A stretch of 64,000 nucleotides of DNA, from positions 4,306 through 68,305 of the forward strand of contig JAJQFB010000002.1 in the NCBI GenBank assembly GCA_021201395.1, in the 5' to 3' direction. The position numbers and the translations under genes are program-made. This DNA comes from Clostridiales bacterium (GTDB lineage: Bacteria > Bacillota > Clostridia > Lachnospirales > CAG-274). A model generated the notes under the pieces. The model was given only the letters and a program-made list of their open reading frames with translations. It did not search any database and was not told the origin of the DNA. Positions 1 through 9,446 of this stretch are shown here, piece by piece (position 1 is the first letter of the stretch; the number at the start of each line of letters is the position of its first letter).

Positions 1-356
1 CCCAAGCCGCTGCTGCCGGAGGTGGCGAAAAGTATAATTTTCTTTCCGCTGAAATCATAGCTTTCGAGAAAGGTATTGATAATTGTGGGTGCAACGTACC
101 ACCAAATAGGAAAGCCTAAGAAAATAACATCGTAGTCCGCCATATTATCGAGTCTTTCCGCTATTTCGGGACGTGAAGCAGGGTTGGACATTTCAACGGA
201 ACTTCTGGACTTTTTGTTCATCCAGTTTAAGTCCGCCTTTGTATAGGGAACAGCCGGTTTGATTTCAAAAATATCGGAACCTACAGCTTCCGCCAAAGTT
301 TTAGCCACTTTTTCCGTGACGCCGCTTGCTGAAAAATATGCCGTTAATATTTTCAT
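1..356 (-). CDS. flavodoxin family protein (partial; C-terminus runs off the left edge of the window)
   Basis: Reverse translation from the ATG at 354-356 gives [45 protein letters not shown]...[44 protein letters not shown], a flavodoxin-like pattern. It is absent from the ORF track because the window edge truncates it. Confidence 0.7.
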   Translation of the reverse strand, partial: MKILTAYFSASGVTEKVAKTLAEAVGSDIFEIKPAVPYTKADLNWMNKKSRSSVEMSNPASRPEIAERLDNMADYDVIFLGFPIWWYVAPTIINTFLESYDFSGKKIILFATSGSSGL

Positions 357-451
357 ATTAAATTACCTCCTGTCTTTAGATTTATTCTTTTAATTATATT
401 ATAAGACCTAAACCCCTCTTTAGGCAATACCCAAAATTAATTTATGCGAAG

Positions 452-478
452 AAAAACCCGGCTTCCGAAGAACCGGGC
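452..478 (-). terminator. rho-independent terminator downstream of the alanine symporter gene
   Basis: GC-rich hairpin CCCGG(C)TTC-CGAA-GAACCGGG. On the minus strand it is followed by a T-run (plus-strand AAAAA at 452-456). It sits 27 nt past the stop at 505. Confidence 0.5.
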
Positions 479-504
479 TTTATATATTTCAGAATTTCAG
501 TATT

Positions 505-1995
505 TCAGGCTTTAAGAGCAGCTTCCTGTTCTTTTTGAATATCCTCGTGGAGGGAAAGCATAGGCTTCACGTCTTTTTTGCGTATGTTTCTGTCAACATA
601 GCTCTTTGTGCATTTGTAAACTATGGGAGAAAGCACGAGTACGCCTATAAGGTTGGGAAGCATCATAAGACCGTTGAAAGTGTCGGATAAATCCCAGGCT
701 AAGTTTTCGCCCATAACGGCACCGCCTAAAATAGCGACTACGAAAATTACCTTATATATAATTGTTGCGCTTGTTCCGAAAAGATATTCAAAGGCCTTTG
801 TTCCGTAGTGGCTCCAGCCTAAACAGGTTGAAAAAGCAAACAGAAGAAGCGCCAAAGCTATAAAGGCCGTACCTATCTGACCGAAAGTGTTTCCGAAAGC
901 AAGGCCTACAAGGGAGCCTGTGTTGTTTGCTTCTATGGCAAGGGCACCTGTGTCAAGGTTAATAAGACCTGAGGTTAAAATCGTAAAGGCTGTCAGCGTG
1001 CAGACGATTATGGTGTCGGCGAAAACCTCGAAAATACCCCACATACCCTGCATAACGGGTTCCTTTACGTTTGAGTTTGAGTGAACCATAACAGAGGAGC
1101 CGAGACCGGCCTCGTTTGAGAAAACCCCTCTCTTCATACCCATCTGAACCGCCATCTTAACTCCCGAGCCTACAATTCCTCCGGCAACGGCCTGTAAGCC
1201 GAAAGCACCCTTGAAGATTGAAACAAAAGCCGGGATTATGTTTCCCGCGTGAAGAATACATATAAAAATGGCTCCTATTATGTATAAAATTACCATAAAG
1301 GGCACAAGCTTTTCCGTGACGGAAGCAATTCTCTTAATTCCGCCTATAATAACTAGGCTTGAAATTATTAAGAGTACAAAGCCCGTTAAAAGCTTGGGAA
1401 CGCTGAAAGCATCATACATATTTGTGGCGATTGTGTTAATCTGCGTCATATTGCCTATGCCGAAAGAGGCCAAAAGACAGAATACAGAGAATATAACGGC
1501 CAAAACAGAGCCTATAACCTTACAGTTCTTTTTGGAGCCTAAGCCGTAGCGCAGGTAATACATAGCGCCGCCGCTCCACTCGCCGTCTTTGTTTTTGATT
1601 CTGTAGAGAATACCCAAAACGTTTTCGGAGTAGTTTGTCATCATTCCGAAAAAGGCTATAACCCACATCCAGAAAACAGCCCCCGGGCCGCCTGTTACTA
1701 TAGCTGAGGCTACACCGGCTATGTTTCCCGTGCCTACCGTTGCGGCAAGAGCAGTACAGAGACTCTGAAACTGGGAAATTTGCTTGTCTTTTGTGTGTTT
1801 TGTTACGTTCTTGTCCTTAAAAATTGCTCCTACGGTATTGACTGTCCAGTGTTTAAAGTGCGAAATCTGGAAAAACTTTGTAAGCAATGTCATAAGGACG
1901 CCTACAAAGCCCAAAAGTATAAGAGCCGGCCAGCCCCAGACAAGACTGTTGACATAGTTGTTTACATTAGTTACAACTTCCAAAAAATGTTCCAT
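505..1995 (-). CDS. sodium:alanine (amino acid carrier, AGCS family) symporter
   Basis: Multi-TM protein with AGCS-type blocks (QFQSLCTALAATVGTGNIAGVA, FSNEAGLGS). The ORF-track N-terminus is trimmed to the internal Met (MEHFLEVV) at 1995, because the upstream 53 codons lie in AT-rich promoter-like sequence. Confidence 0.9.
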   Translation of the reverse strand: MEHFLEVVTNVNNYVNSLVWGWPALILLGFVGVLMTLLTKFFQISHFKHWTVNTVGAIFKDKNVTKHTKDKQISQFQSLCTALAATVGTGNIAGVASAIVTGGPGAVFWMWVIAFFGMMTNYSENVLGILYRIKNKDGEWSGGAMYYLRYGLGSKKNCKVIGSVLAVIFSVFCLLASFGIGNMTQINTIATNMYDAFSVPKLLTGFVLLIISSLVIIGGIKRIASVTEKLVPFMVILYIIGAIFICILHAGNIIPAFVSIFKGAFGLQAVAGGIVGSGVKMAVQMGMKRGVFSNEAGLGSSVMVHSNSNVKEPVMQGMWGIFEVFADTIIVCTLTAFTILTSGLINLDTGALAIEANNTGSLVGLAFGNTFGQIGTAFIALALLLFAFSTCLGWSHYGTKAFEYLFGTSATIIYKVIFVVAILGGAVMGENLAWDLSDTFNGLMMLPNLIGVLVLSPIVYKCTKSYVDRNIRKKDVKPMLSLHEDIQKEQEAALKA

Positions 1996-2202
1996 AATAT
2001 TTACTCTCCTTAGATATGTAGTAGTGATATAAAGATATAAACTGTTTTGACACAAAATAAGTGTCCTACTTATTATAGCACAAATTTTTATTTTTGCAAC
2101 ATATTTTTTAAGATATAACAGTACGGGGTGACATAACAAAAAAGCCATAGCCAAATAGAAAAAATATTATAGAAAATACCTTTGAAAAAAATAATTTTTC
2201 TA

Positions 2203-2231
2203 TTGAAAACCTCAGTGATTTGGTATAAAAT
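2203..2231 (+). promoter_or_regulatory. sigma-A-type promoter for the DUF4321-maf-mreBCD operon
   Basis: TTGAAA (2203-2208), 17-nt spacer, TAAAAT (2226-2231), about 55 nt upstream of the start at 2286. Confidence 0.4.
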
Positions 2232-2285
2232 AGTATAAGGCAGTATTTACTTTTCTTTAAGGAATGATTTAAGGAGTTTATATAT

Positions 2286-2540
2286 ATGAGAGGAAAAAAC
2301 AGCATTGTATTTATTTTGGTTATGATTTCCGGCCTTATTATAGGGGGCTTTATAGGCTCCGCCGCTTCGGGAATCCCGGCTTTAAGCTTTTTAAATTACG
2401 GTCAGGAGATAGGCCTTACTTCGCCCCTTGTTTTGGATATTGTTATTTTAAAGCTCCAGCTTGGCTTTACATTAAAGTTTACAATAGCAGGCATAATAGG
2501 TATGGCCATATCGATATTTATATACAGAAAGCTGTGGTAA
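2286..2540 (+). CDS. DUF4321-type small membrane protein
   Basis: 84 aa with two hydrophobic segments. It sits immediately upstream of maf-mreB, which I recall as typical for this family in Clostridia. GGAG RBS upstream. Confidence 0.6.
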   Translation: MRGKNSIVFILVMISGLIIGGFIGSAASGIPALSFLNYGQEIGLTSPLVLDIVILKLQLGFTLKFTIAGIIGMAISIFIYRKLW

Positions 2541-2541
2541 T

Positions 2542-3123
2542 ATGAAATTTATTTTGGCATCGGCCTCCCCCAGACGGCAGGAGCTTTTAAAGACCTTAGG
2601 CTTAAGCTTTGAAATATGCCCCTCAAATATAGAGGAAAAAATTAATAAAAACGCTTCCTTTTCACAGGTCTGTACTTCTTTGGCCGACGCAAAGGCAGGG
2701 GACGTTTTAAAAAAATATTCGGGCATAGACGAAGCGGCTGTTTTGGGAGCAGACACAATAGTTGTTTTAAATAATGAAATTTTAGGCAAACCTAAGAATA
2801 AAGATGACGCTTTCAGAATGTTATCCGCTCTTTCCGGCAGGAACCACTTTGTCTATACGGGCTGCGCTCTTTTCGTCAAAAGGGGAGATGAGGTTATAAC
2901 AAAAACCTTTTCCGACAAAACCGAGGTGTTTATGTCGGAGATGACGGATAACGAAATTCGGGACTATATATCCACGGGAGAGCCTATGGATAAAGCCGGC
3001 GCCTACGGTATTCAGGGCATAGGGGCACGCTTTATAGAGAAAATCAACGGAAACTATCAAACGGTTGTAGGCCTTAACACCTGTTTGTTATATAAGGCTT
3101 TAAAGGAATTAAACGTAATATAA
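2542..3123 (+). CDS. maf: Maf-like nucleoside triphosphate pyrophosphatase (septum formation protein)
   Basis: MKFILASASPRRQELL...GADTIV...GAYGIQG motifs are typical of Maf. Located just upstream of mreB. Confidence 0.9.
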   Translation: MKFILASASPRRQELLKTLGLSFEICPSNIEEKINKNASFSQVCTSLADAKAGDVLKKYSGIDEAAVLGADTIVVLNNEILGKPKNKDDAFRMLSALSGRNHFVYTGCALFVKRGDEVITKTFSDKTEVFMSEMTDNEIRDYISTGEPMDKAGAYGIQGIGARFIEKINGNYQTVVGLNTCLLYKALKELNVI

Positions 3124-3164
3124 ATAGGAAGAAGAAATCGACTTGATTTGGGAGGTAAAAAATA

Positions 3165-4199
3165 ATGTTTACTAAAGACATGGGAATAGATTTGGGAACC
3201 GCCAACACTTTGGTTTTTTTAAGAGGAAAGGGAATCGTAGTAAACGAGCCCTCTGTTGTTGCTATAAATACGGAATCGAAAGAGGTTCTTGCGGTAGGGG
3301 ACGAGGCAAAGGAAATGATAGGAAGAACCCCGGGAAGCATAATAGCCATTCGCCCTATGAAGGACGGAGTAATAGCGGATTTTGAAATAACTCAGGCAAT
3401 GCTTAGATATTTTATAGGAAAGGCCTATAAAAACACGCTTTTCGGCCCTAAGCCCAGAATAGTTATATGCGTTCCGTCGGGAGTGACGGAGGTTGAAAAA
3501 AGGGCGGTTATAGAGGCGGCTCTGGCGGCAGGGGCAAAGGACAGGTATGTCTATCTTGTAGAGGAGCCTATGGCGGCGGCTATAGGAGCAGGGCTTCACG
3601 TTGAAGAGCCTGCCGGAAATATGGTTGTGGATATAGGCGGCGGAACAAGCGAGGTTGCGGTTATATCCTTAGGGGGAATAGTTACGGCCATTTCCGAGAG
3701 AATAGCAGGCGATGCTTTCGATCAGGCCATAGCTGCCTATGTAAAGGAGCAGTTTAAGCTTGCCATAGGCGACAGAACCGCCGAGGACATTAAGCTTAAC
3801 ATAGGCTGTGCTTACCTCGACGACGATTCTGAAATTTTGGCTATGGAAATAAGAGGCAGAGACTTAATTATGGGTCTGCCCAAAAATATAGAAGTGACTT
3901 CGGAGGATATTTTAAAGGCTCTCGAAAGTCCCGTTTCAAAAATAATAACGGCTATTAAAACCACCTTGGAGAAAACTCCCCCAGAGCTTTCGGCGGATAT
4001 TATAGAGGTCGGAATTTATTTAACAGGCGGCGGCGCCCTTTTAAGAGGTTTAGACAAGCTTGCTTCCCTTGAAACGGGTATGCCCGTTCATATAGCCGAA
4101 GAACCCCTTAACTGTGTGGCAAACGGCACGGGAGCGGTTTTGGAGCATATAGACACGCTTAAAAATGTCCTTATTACACCCCATAAGCTGAGAATGTAA
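3165..4199 (+). CDS. mreB: rod shape-determining protein MreB
   Basis: Actin-fold motifs DLGTANTLV and [16 protein letters not shown]; 344 aa; followed by mreC and mreD. Confidence 0.95.
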   Translation: MFTKDMGIDLGTANTLVFLRGKGIVVNEPSVVAINTESKEVLAVGDEAKEMIGRTPGSIIAIRPMKDGVIADFEITQAMLRYFIGKAYKNTLFGPKPRIVICVPSGVTEVEKRAVIEAALAAGAKDRYVYLVEEPMAAAIGAGLHVEEPAGNMVVDIGGGTSEVAVISLGGIVTAISERIAGDAFDQAIAAYVKEQFKLAIGDRTAEDIKLNIGCAYLDDDSEILAMEIRGRDLIMGLPKNIEVTSEDILKALESPVSKIITAIKTTLEKTPPELSADIIEVGIYLTGGGALLRGLDKLASLETGMPVHIAEEPLNCVANGTGAVLEHIDTLKNVLITPHKLRM

Positions 4200-4218
4200 A
4201 AAGGTTCGGTGGTTTAGA

Positions 4219-5145
4219 ATGAGTTTTTTTGACAGACACAAAAAATCCTTTTTTCTGCTTTTTTGTATAATATGTCTTATTCTTGCAGGCCTTACCACAA
4301 ACCGCTTTGCTCCCTCGGTTTTTGAAAAATCCTTCGGGCTTGTTTTAACACCGATTCAGGGTGCCGTATATTCCGTGGGAGACTGGATTTCCGCAAGGTT
4401 TAGGGCTGTTACGAACGCCAATGCCTTAATAGACGAAAATGCGGAGCTTGAATATGAAATAGAAGAGCTTAAGCTTGACAATTCAAGAATCGCTCTTCTT
4501 GAAGAAGAAAACAAAAGACTTACGGAGCTTTTGGAGCTTACGGAAAAACATAAGGCCTATGAAACAACGGGAGCGAGAATTATAGGGAAAGACCCGGGAA
4601 ACTGGTACGATATTTTTATAATAGACAAGGGTTCCTCCGACGGACTTAAGCAAAATATGGTTGTTATATCCGAGGGAGGCCTTGTGGGCAGAATAAGAGA
4701 GTGCGGCTATAACTATTCACAGGTTGTTTCAATAATAGACGACTCAGACGCCGTAAGCGCCGTATCCCCCAGGACGGGCGACACGGGCTATGTAAAGGGA
4801 GATCTTAACAACAAGGGTATGTGTAAAATGGAGCTTATAGACATAAGCTCGAAAATAACCGAGGGGGACGAAATAACAACCTCACGGTTCAGTTCTGTTT
4901 ACCCCGAGGGCATATCAATAGGAAGAGTAATGAGTATAGAAAACGCTTCCGACACCTCAACAAAAACAGCAGTTATAGAGCCGGGGGTGGATTTTAAACA
5001 CCTTGACAGCGTTTTAATAATAACCTCCGATACGGAAACATCGGTGGAAACGGTAAATGAAAGTGAAACGGCTTCCGAGGAAACTTCCGAAGAAGCGGAA
5101 AACGAGGAAAATGAAGAAAACGAAGAAGATGAGGAGCAAAATTGA
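4219..5145 (+). CDS. mreC: rod shape-determining protein MreC with an acidic C-terminal tail
   Basis: N-terminal TM segment, coiled-coil segment (ENAELEYEIEELKLDNSRIALLEEENKRL), GLVGRI block. Position between mreB and mreD. Confidence 0.9.
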   Translation: MSFFDRHKKSFFLLFCIICLILAGLTTNRFAPSVFEKSFGLVLTPIQGAVYSVGDWISARFRAVTNANALIDENAELEYEIEELKLDNSRIALLEEENKRLTELLELTEKHKAYETTGARIIGKDPGNWYDIFIIDKGSSDGLKQNMVVISEGGLVGRIRECGYNYSQVVSIIDDSDAVSAVSPRTGDTGYVKGDLNNKGMCKMELIDISSKITEGDEITTSRFSSVYPEGISIGRVMSIENASDTSTKTAVIEPGVDFKHLDSVLIITSDTETSVETVNESETASEETSEEAENEENEENEEDEEQN

Positions 5146-5663
5146 GATATTTTAAATATGTTATTTATTTTATAATAATTCTTATAAATTTTATACTTCA
5201 AACCACTGTGTTCGGGGCTGTTTCCATTATAGGCATAAAGCCCAACACGGCTCTTATAATTGTGGTTTCCATAGCCTTTATACAGGGGGAGCTTGACGGT
5301 ATTTTAACAGGTCTCTTCGCAGGATTTTTGCAGGATTCTTTTTTTTCCCTTTATTTGGGCTGTCACATTTTTATATATGTGTCCGCCGCCTTTGTCTGCG
5401 GATACTGCTTTAAGGCCTTTTATAAGGAGAGCTTTTTGCTGCCCATTGCTTTGGCGGCGGCGGCTGACTTATATTCCTCCCTTGTGTTCTATGTCTTTAA
5501 CATACTTTTAAGGGGATATTTTAACATTTTGGGCTTTATAACCTCCGTTATTCTGCCTGAGCTTGTTTATACTATGCTTATTTCTGCCTTTCTCTACAGG
5601 CTTATATTTTACATTATGGAAATTATAAACAGTCATTCCGGCTATAGCCGAAGATTGTTTTAG
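5142..5663 (+). CDS. mreD: rod shape-determining protein MreD
   Basis: 173-aa polytopic membrane protein overlapping the mreC stop by 4 nt, in the canonical position. Confidence 0.8.
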   Translation: MRYFKYVIYFIIILINFILQTTVFGAVSIIGIKPNTALIIVVSIAFIQGELDGILTGLFAGFLQDSFFSLYLGCHIFIYVSAAFVCGYCFKAFYKESFLLPIALAAAADLYSSLVFYVFNILLRGYFNILGFITSVILPELVYTMLISAFLYRLIFYIMEIINSHSGYSRRLF

Positions 5664-5677
5664 CTGTTTCGGCTGAG

Positions 5678-8209
5678 GTGTGGAAAATGCTTGAATATAT
5701 AAAAAAATTTATAGGCTCACCGGCCTTTCGCCCGGCTTTTGTTCTCTGCGGAACCTTTATGCTTTTCGTGATTTTGGCCTGCCGTCTTTACAGCCTTCAA
5801 ATTTTAAACGGCGACTATTACAATACACAGATTCAGGGCACCACAATAAAGGAAATTTCCGTGACAGCCCCCAGAGGGAATATTTATGACTCCTTAGGCA
5901 GACCTCTGGCAACGAATTTTTCCTCATGGACGGTAAATCTTGACGCAAGCGTTACCGTTGACAATCTTAACGAGGTAATTTACGGCCTTATAGGTGTTTT
6001 GGAGCAAAACGGAGAGGAAATAGAGGACGATTTTCCGATTTCCGAGGAAAAGCCTTACACCTTTCTCCTTGACGGCTCCGAAACCAGGGAAAAACGTTGG
6101 AAAAGAGATATGAGCCTTGACGAGGGGCTTAATGCCTCAGAGTGCTTTTATGCTCTGAGAGATTCATTTGACATAGACCCCTCTCTAAGCGACGGGGAAG
6201 CGAGAAAAATACTCTCCTTAAGGAGCAAGCTATACAGACAGCGCTATTCAAAATATGTCCCCGTTGTGGTTTCAAAGGACATTTCTCAGGAAACAATATC
6301 CTATTTGGAGGAAAATTTATCTAACTTCCCGAGCGTATATATAGACGCCGAATCCTTAAGGGAATACCCCGAGGGGGAGCTTTTTTCACATATTTTGGGC
6401 TATATAAGAACCATATCCGACACGCAGCTTGAAGAATATGAACAGTACGGCTATACCTTAAACGATATTATAGGTCAGGACGGCATAGAAAAGGCCTTTG
6501 AGCTGGAGCTTAACGGCACAGACGGTACGGAGCTTGTGGAGGTGGACAGTGTAGGGCGGAGAATTTCAACCTATACGGAAGGCTCTGTTGCTCCCGTTCC
6601 GGGGAACAATGTCTTTCTTACCCTTGACGCAGAGCTTCAAAGGGGAGCCTATGAGGATTTAAAGGAGGTTCTTGCAAACACTCTTATAAGCCGTCTGACG
6701 GGAAACAGCGAGGACTACACCTTTAACATAACGGAAATGGGGGAGGCTATGGTTGAGGGCGGCTCGGTCAACATAGAGGGTCTGCTTGAAGCGGAGGGCG
6801 GCTATTGCTTACAGCTTGGGAATTTTATCCGCAGTGCCGATGCGGCGGCTGCCGAGGACAGCGAGAGGGCGGCTGAAATTCTCTCCGATGCCATATCCGT
6901 AGGAGATGTTACCGTAAGAGAGGTTCTGCTCTGTATGTTTGAACAGGGCGCTTTGGATATAACAAGCAGTTGGTATGAGAGCCTTGAAAACGGCGAAATA
7001 AGTGCCACAGCGGCTGTAGTGGGTATGCTGGGAGACGGAACAATGGAGCCGTCTCAGACGAAGATGGATCCCTGCACAGGCTCCGTTGTGGTAAGCGATG
7101 TAAATACAGGGGATATTTTGGTTTCCGTTTCCTATCCCTCCTATGATAACAACGAGCTTGTAAATAATTTTAACAATGAATACTACAATATGCTGAGGAA
7201 TGACTCTTCCACGCCCCTTGTAAACAGACCCTTTACGGAACCCAGAGCCCCCGGCTCCACCTTTAAGATGATAACACTGTTTGCAGGGCTTGAAGAGGGT
7301 ATTATAACGAGGAACCAGACTATATATGACGAGGGAACCTTTACAAAGGCGGGGCTGCCCTATGCACGTTGTTGGATAAACAGCGGAAACGGTTCCCACG
7401 GCTCTGTAAATCCCGTCAGGGCTTTGGAGGTTTCCTGCAATTATTTCTTCTATGAGCTGAGCTACAGAATGGGAAATGCCCGAAACGGCACAACGGAGCA
7501 GGGCATAGCCACTCTTAACAGCTATATGGAGAAATTCGGTTTAAACAGCCCCACAGGGGTGGAAATATATGAGCTTTACGACTCAAGAGGCAGCTACCCC
7601 ACAAACCTTTCCTCTCCGGAATATAAAAAATATATATATGAACAGCGTTACCCCGACGCTGACGAGTCGGAGTCAAACTGGTATGACGGCGACACCATAA
7701 GAACCGCCATAGGCCAGTCCTACAACAACTATACAAACGCCACCCTTAATAAATATGTGGCCACTGTGGCAAACGGCGGCAAACGCTATTCCCTCCATTT
7801 CCTTGACAAGGTGACAAATTATGATGACAGCGAGGAAATTTACACATATACCCCCAACTTAGAGCTTGATTTAGAGCTTGACCCTGAAAACGTTGAAACA
7901 GTTCACAGAGGTATGTATCAGGTAGGCCACGGCTCAAGCGGAACCTTAAGAGGCTATTTTTCAAGCTATGAGGTTCCCGTTGCCGTAAAATCCGGAACGG
8001 CTCAGGAATCCACAAGCAGGGCGGAGCATACAATCTTCGTGGGCTATGCCCCCTATGACGACCCTAAGATTTCCGTTTCCATTATAATACCCTTCGGAAA
8101 TGACTCGGAAACGGGTCCGGCTCCTAATTTGGCTAAAAAAATAATAAGCCGCTATATGAATTTGGAGTCTGCTTCACAGAAAGAGTATTATAATACGCTG
8201 ACGAGATGA
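5678..8209 (+). CDS. mrdA: penicillin-binding protein 2 (class B transpeptidase)
   Basis: N-terminal TM anchor and transpeptidase motifs STFK (GSTFKMITL), SCN and KSGTA. Canonical position after mreD. Carries an extra ~105-130 aa segment before the transpeptidase domain. Confidence 0.9.
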   Translation: MWKMLEYIKKFIGSPAFRPAFVLCGTFMLFVILACRLYSLQILNGDYYNTQIQGTTIKEISVTAPRGNIYDSLGRPLATNFSSWTVNLDASVTVDNLNEVIYGLIGVLEQNGEEIEDDFPISEEKPYTFLLDGSETREKRWKRDMSLDEGLNASECFYALRDSFDIDPSLSDGEARKILSLRSKLYRQRYSKYVPVVVSKDISQETISYLEENLSNFPSVYIDAESLREYPEGELFSHILGYIRTISDTQLEEYEQYGYTLNDIIGQDGIEKAFELELNGTDGTELVEVDSVGRRISTYTEGSVAPVPGNNVFLTLDAELQRGAYEDLKEVLANTLISRLTGNSEDYTFNITEMGEAMVEGGSVNIEGLLEAEGGYCLQLGNFIRSADAAAAEDSERAAEILSDAISVGDVTVREVLLCMFEQGALDITSSWYESLENGEISATAAVVGMLGDGTMEPSQTKMDPCTGSVVVSDVNTGDILVSVSYPSYDNNELVNNFNNEYYNMLRNDSSTPLVNRPFTEPRAPGSTFKMITLFAGLEEGIITRNQTIYDEGTFTKAGLPYARCWINSGNGSHGSVNPVRALEVSCNYFFYELSYRMGNARNGTTEQGIATLNSYMEKFGLNSPTGVEIYELYDSRGSYPTNLSSPEYKKYIYEQRYPDADESESNWYDGDTIRTAIGQSYNNYTNATLNKYVATVANGGKRYSLHFLDKVTNYDDSEEIYTYTPNLELDLELDPENVETVHRGMYQVGHGSSGTLRGYFSSYEVPVAVKSGTAQESTSRAEHTIFVGYAPYDDPKISVSIIIPFGNDSETGPAPNLAKKIISRYMNLESASQKEYYNTLTR

Positions 8210-8364
8210 CGGTTTTGGAGCAAAGCTGTCTCTATGTAATAAAGCTGTCCTTATTTGCGATTTATTTATAGTGAAACATCGGGGGTTTTCTGTTAAAATA
8301 GTTTATATAAGCAATCGGCAATCAGGGGGTTGCTTTAGAGACAAAACATTTAGGAGGAAAGAAT

Positions 8365-9159
8365 ATGGGTAAGGTTATAGTTGTAACATCGGGAAAGGGC
8401 GGCGTAGGAAAGACTACCACCTCCGCAAATATAGGGACGGGCTTGGCGGAATCAGGGAAGAAGGTTCTTCTTATAGACGCTGACATAGGCCTTAGAAATT
8501 TAGACGTTATTGTGGGTATGGAGGACAGGATTATTTACGATTTAATAGATGTAACGGACGGAAGCTGCCGTTTAAGCGAGGCTGTAATAACCGACAGGAA
8601 ATATGAAAACCTGTCACTTCTTCCGGCGGCTCAGACGAAAGACAAAACCGCCGTTACTCCGGAGCAGATGGCTAAGCTTTGCGGCGAGCTTAAGGAAACC
8701 TACGACTATGTTATAATAGACTGTCCGGCAGGCATAGAACAGGGCTTCCAAAACGCCGTAGCAGGGGCGGATATGGCCGTTGTGGTGACTGTACCCGAGG
8801 TTTCCGCCGTAAGAGACGCCGACAGAATAATAGGGCTTTTAGCCAAAAGCGGCATAAAGGAGCCTAAGCTTATTTTAAACAGGGTCAGGCCTGAAATGAC
8901 GAAAAGCGGCGATATGCTGAGTATCGGGGACATAAAGGAGATTTTAGGCATAGAGGCCATAGGGGTTATACCCGACGAGGCGGCTGTTATAATTTCCTCA
9001 AATAAGGGCATACCTGTTGTATTAGACCCCGACTCAACCGCCGGAGCGGCATATAAAAATATTGTAAGGAGAATAACCGGAGAGGAAGTCCCCTTTATAG
9101 ATCTTGACAAAAAGAAAAAGGCGGGGCTTTTTGCCCGGTTAAAAAGAATTTTTGCATAA
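8365..9159 (+). CDS. minD: septum site-determining ATPase MinD
   Basis: Deviant Walker A GKGGVGKTT, C-terminal amphipathic helix KKAGLFARLKRIFA, strong RBS AGGAGG. Confidence 0.95.
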   Translation: MGKVIVVTSGKGGVGKTTTSANIGTGLAESGKKVLLIDADIGLRNLDVIVGMEDRIIYDLIDVTDGSCRLSEAVITDRKYENLSLLPAAQTKDKTAVTPEQMAKLCGELKETYDYVIIDCPAGIEQGFQNAVAGADMAVVVTVPEVSAVRDADRIIGLLAKSGIKEPKLILNRVRPEMTKSGDMLSIGDIKEILGIEAIGVIPDEAAVIISSNKGIPVVLDPDSTAGAAYKNIVRRITGEEVPFIDLDKKKKAGLFARLKRIFA

Positions 9160-9174
9160 AAGGAGCCTTGAGCT

Positions 9175-9432
9175 ATGTTAAAATTATTTCCTAAGAAATC
9201 CGATTCAAGGGATATTGCCGTTGAAAGGCTTAACAGAGCTATCCTAAAGGACAGGACAAGCTGTTCATATGAAATGATTGAGGGGCTTGGGAACGATATA
9301 CTGTCGGCAATTTCAAATTATATGGAGGTTGACAGAGACAGGGCGGACATACATATATCCCGTTCGGAGGAGGGCGAAAAGCCCGTTCTGTATGCCGAAA
9401 TTCCCATTATAACACTTTATAACAATGTTTAA
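9175..9432 (+). CDS. minE: cell division topological specificity factor MinE
   Basis: 85 aa, immediately after minD, with the usual N-terminal basic segment. Confidence 0.85.
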   Translation: MLKLFPKKSDSRDIAVERLNRAILKDRTSCSYEMIEGLGNDILSAISNYMEVDRDRADIHISRSEEGEKPVLYAEIPIITLYNNV

Positions 9433-9446
9433 CGAAGGTAAAAAAT

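Noticed and set aside
505-2154. N-terminal extensions of ORF-track models: 505-2154, 14467-15612, 28103-28993, 40755-41987, 47495-48400, 55850-56584, 37436-37630 and 56821-61059.
   Set aside because: The extensions read through AT-rich promoter-like DNA, lack an RBS, and precede an internal start codon that has an RBS and the family-typical N-terminus. I trimmed the starts accordingly.
6809-7399. Long antisense ORFs opposite well-supported genes: 6809-7399, 11374-11934, 22679-23269, 25478-25975, 40189-40659, 31331-31786, 63371-63910 and others.
   Set aside because: Each is fully embedded opposite a gene with unmistakable motifs (PBP2, xylB, prfB, secA, purH, mreB paralog, xth/rhodanese). Their compositions are biased and non-protein-like, and none has a convincing RBS.
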